Translations under genes and position numbers: made by a program
DNA from: the human T2T-CHM13v2.0 reference genome, Homo sapiens
NCBI RefSeq assembly: GCF_009914755.1
Contig: NC_060939.1
DNA length: 64,000 nucleotides
Reading direction: 5' to 3' (one strand)
Notes under the pieces: model-generated
What the model saw: the letters and a program-made list of their open reading frames with translations, nothing else
What the model was told of the DNA's origin: nothing
Database searches by the model: none
Part shown: in pieces, positions 63,641 to 64,000 of the stretch
Numbering within the stretch: position 1 is the stretch's first letter
How the letters are laid out: each line of letters starts with the position of its first letter

Positions 63641-64000
63641 GTACTGCAACTCTTGCACAGTTGGTGTTTTAAGCACTGGAGTCTTGGGTTCTAAGAGGCA
63701 TCCATTTTACTTGCCTCAAGATGAGACTGTCTTACTTCTCAGTTTGGAAGGCTTAATACAGGCCACTGAGTTTTCACACAAGGTGGGCCTATAATGGAAC
63801 TGCACCCAATGTCATAGAAGAGGTCATTGTTTTGTCTGTCTTTGTATACTGCTCAAGTATCTGTGTGACTGGTGCCGTTGTGGGTCTCAGCTATACTTAC
63901 CCTGTCTTTAGCACTGGATCACGACAAAGGAGTGTAGTTGGTAAAATTTCCCATTGGTATCATTCTACCTTTTTAGTGCTGCTTCTGCTTTTGAAGGGGC

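Overview
Primate (human/great-ape-like) AT-rich non-coding DNA; this is not a prokaryotic window. I recognise no intact protein-coding gene, tRNA, rRNA or CRISPR array. A large share is interspersed repeat: 9 Alus (7 in the first 7.7 kb, none after 26.6 kb), a full-length but inactivated L1PA5/6-like element nested in an older L1M, two 5'-inverted L1s, a young L1PA3-like insertion, a near-full-length Tigger1, MaLR/ERVL solo LTRs, MER DNA-transposon fossils, and many L2/MIR fragments. Most long ORFs in the track come from Alu, L1 or Tigger. The best non-repeat signal is a set of strong minus-strand splice signals, including a textbook recursive-splice-like site (polypyrimidine tract-CAG|GTAAG at 55486/55485) followed 198 nt later by a second donor. 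This suggests the window lies in a long minus-strand transcription unit (lncRNA or large intron). Subfamily names come from recalled consensus motifs, not a RepeatMasker run, and boundaries of old repeats are approximate.
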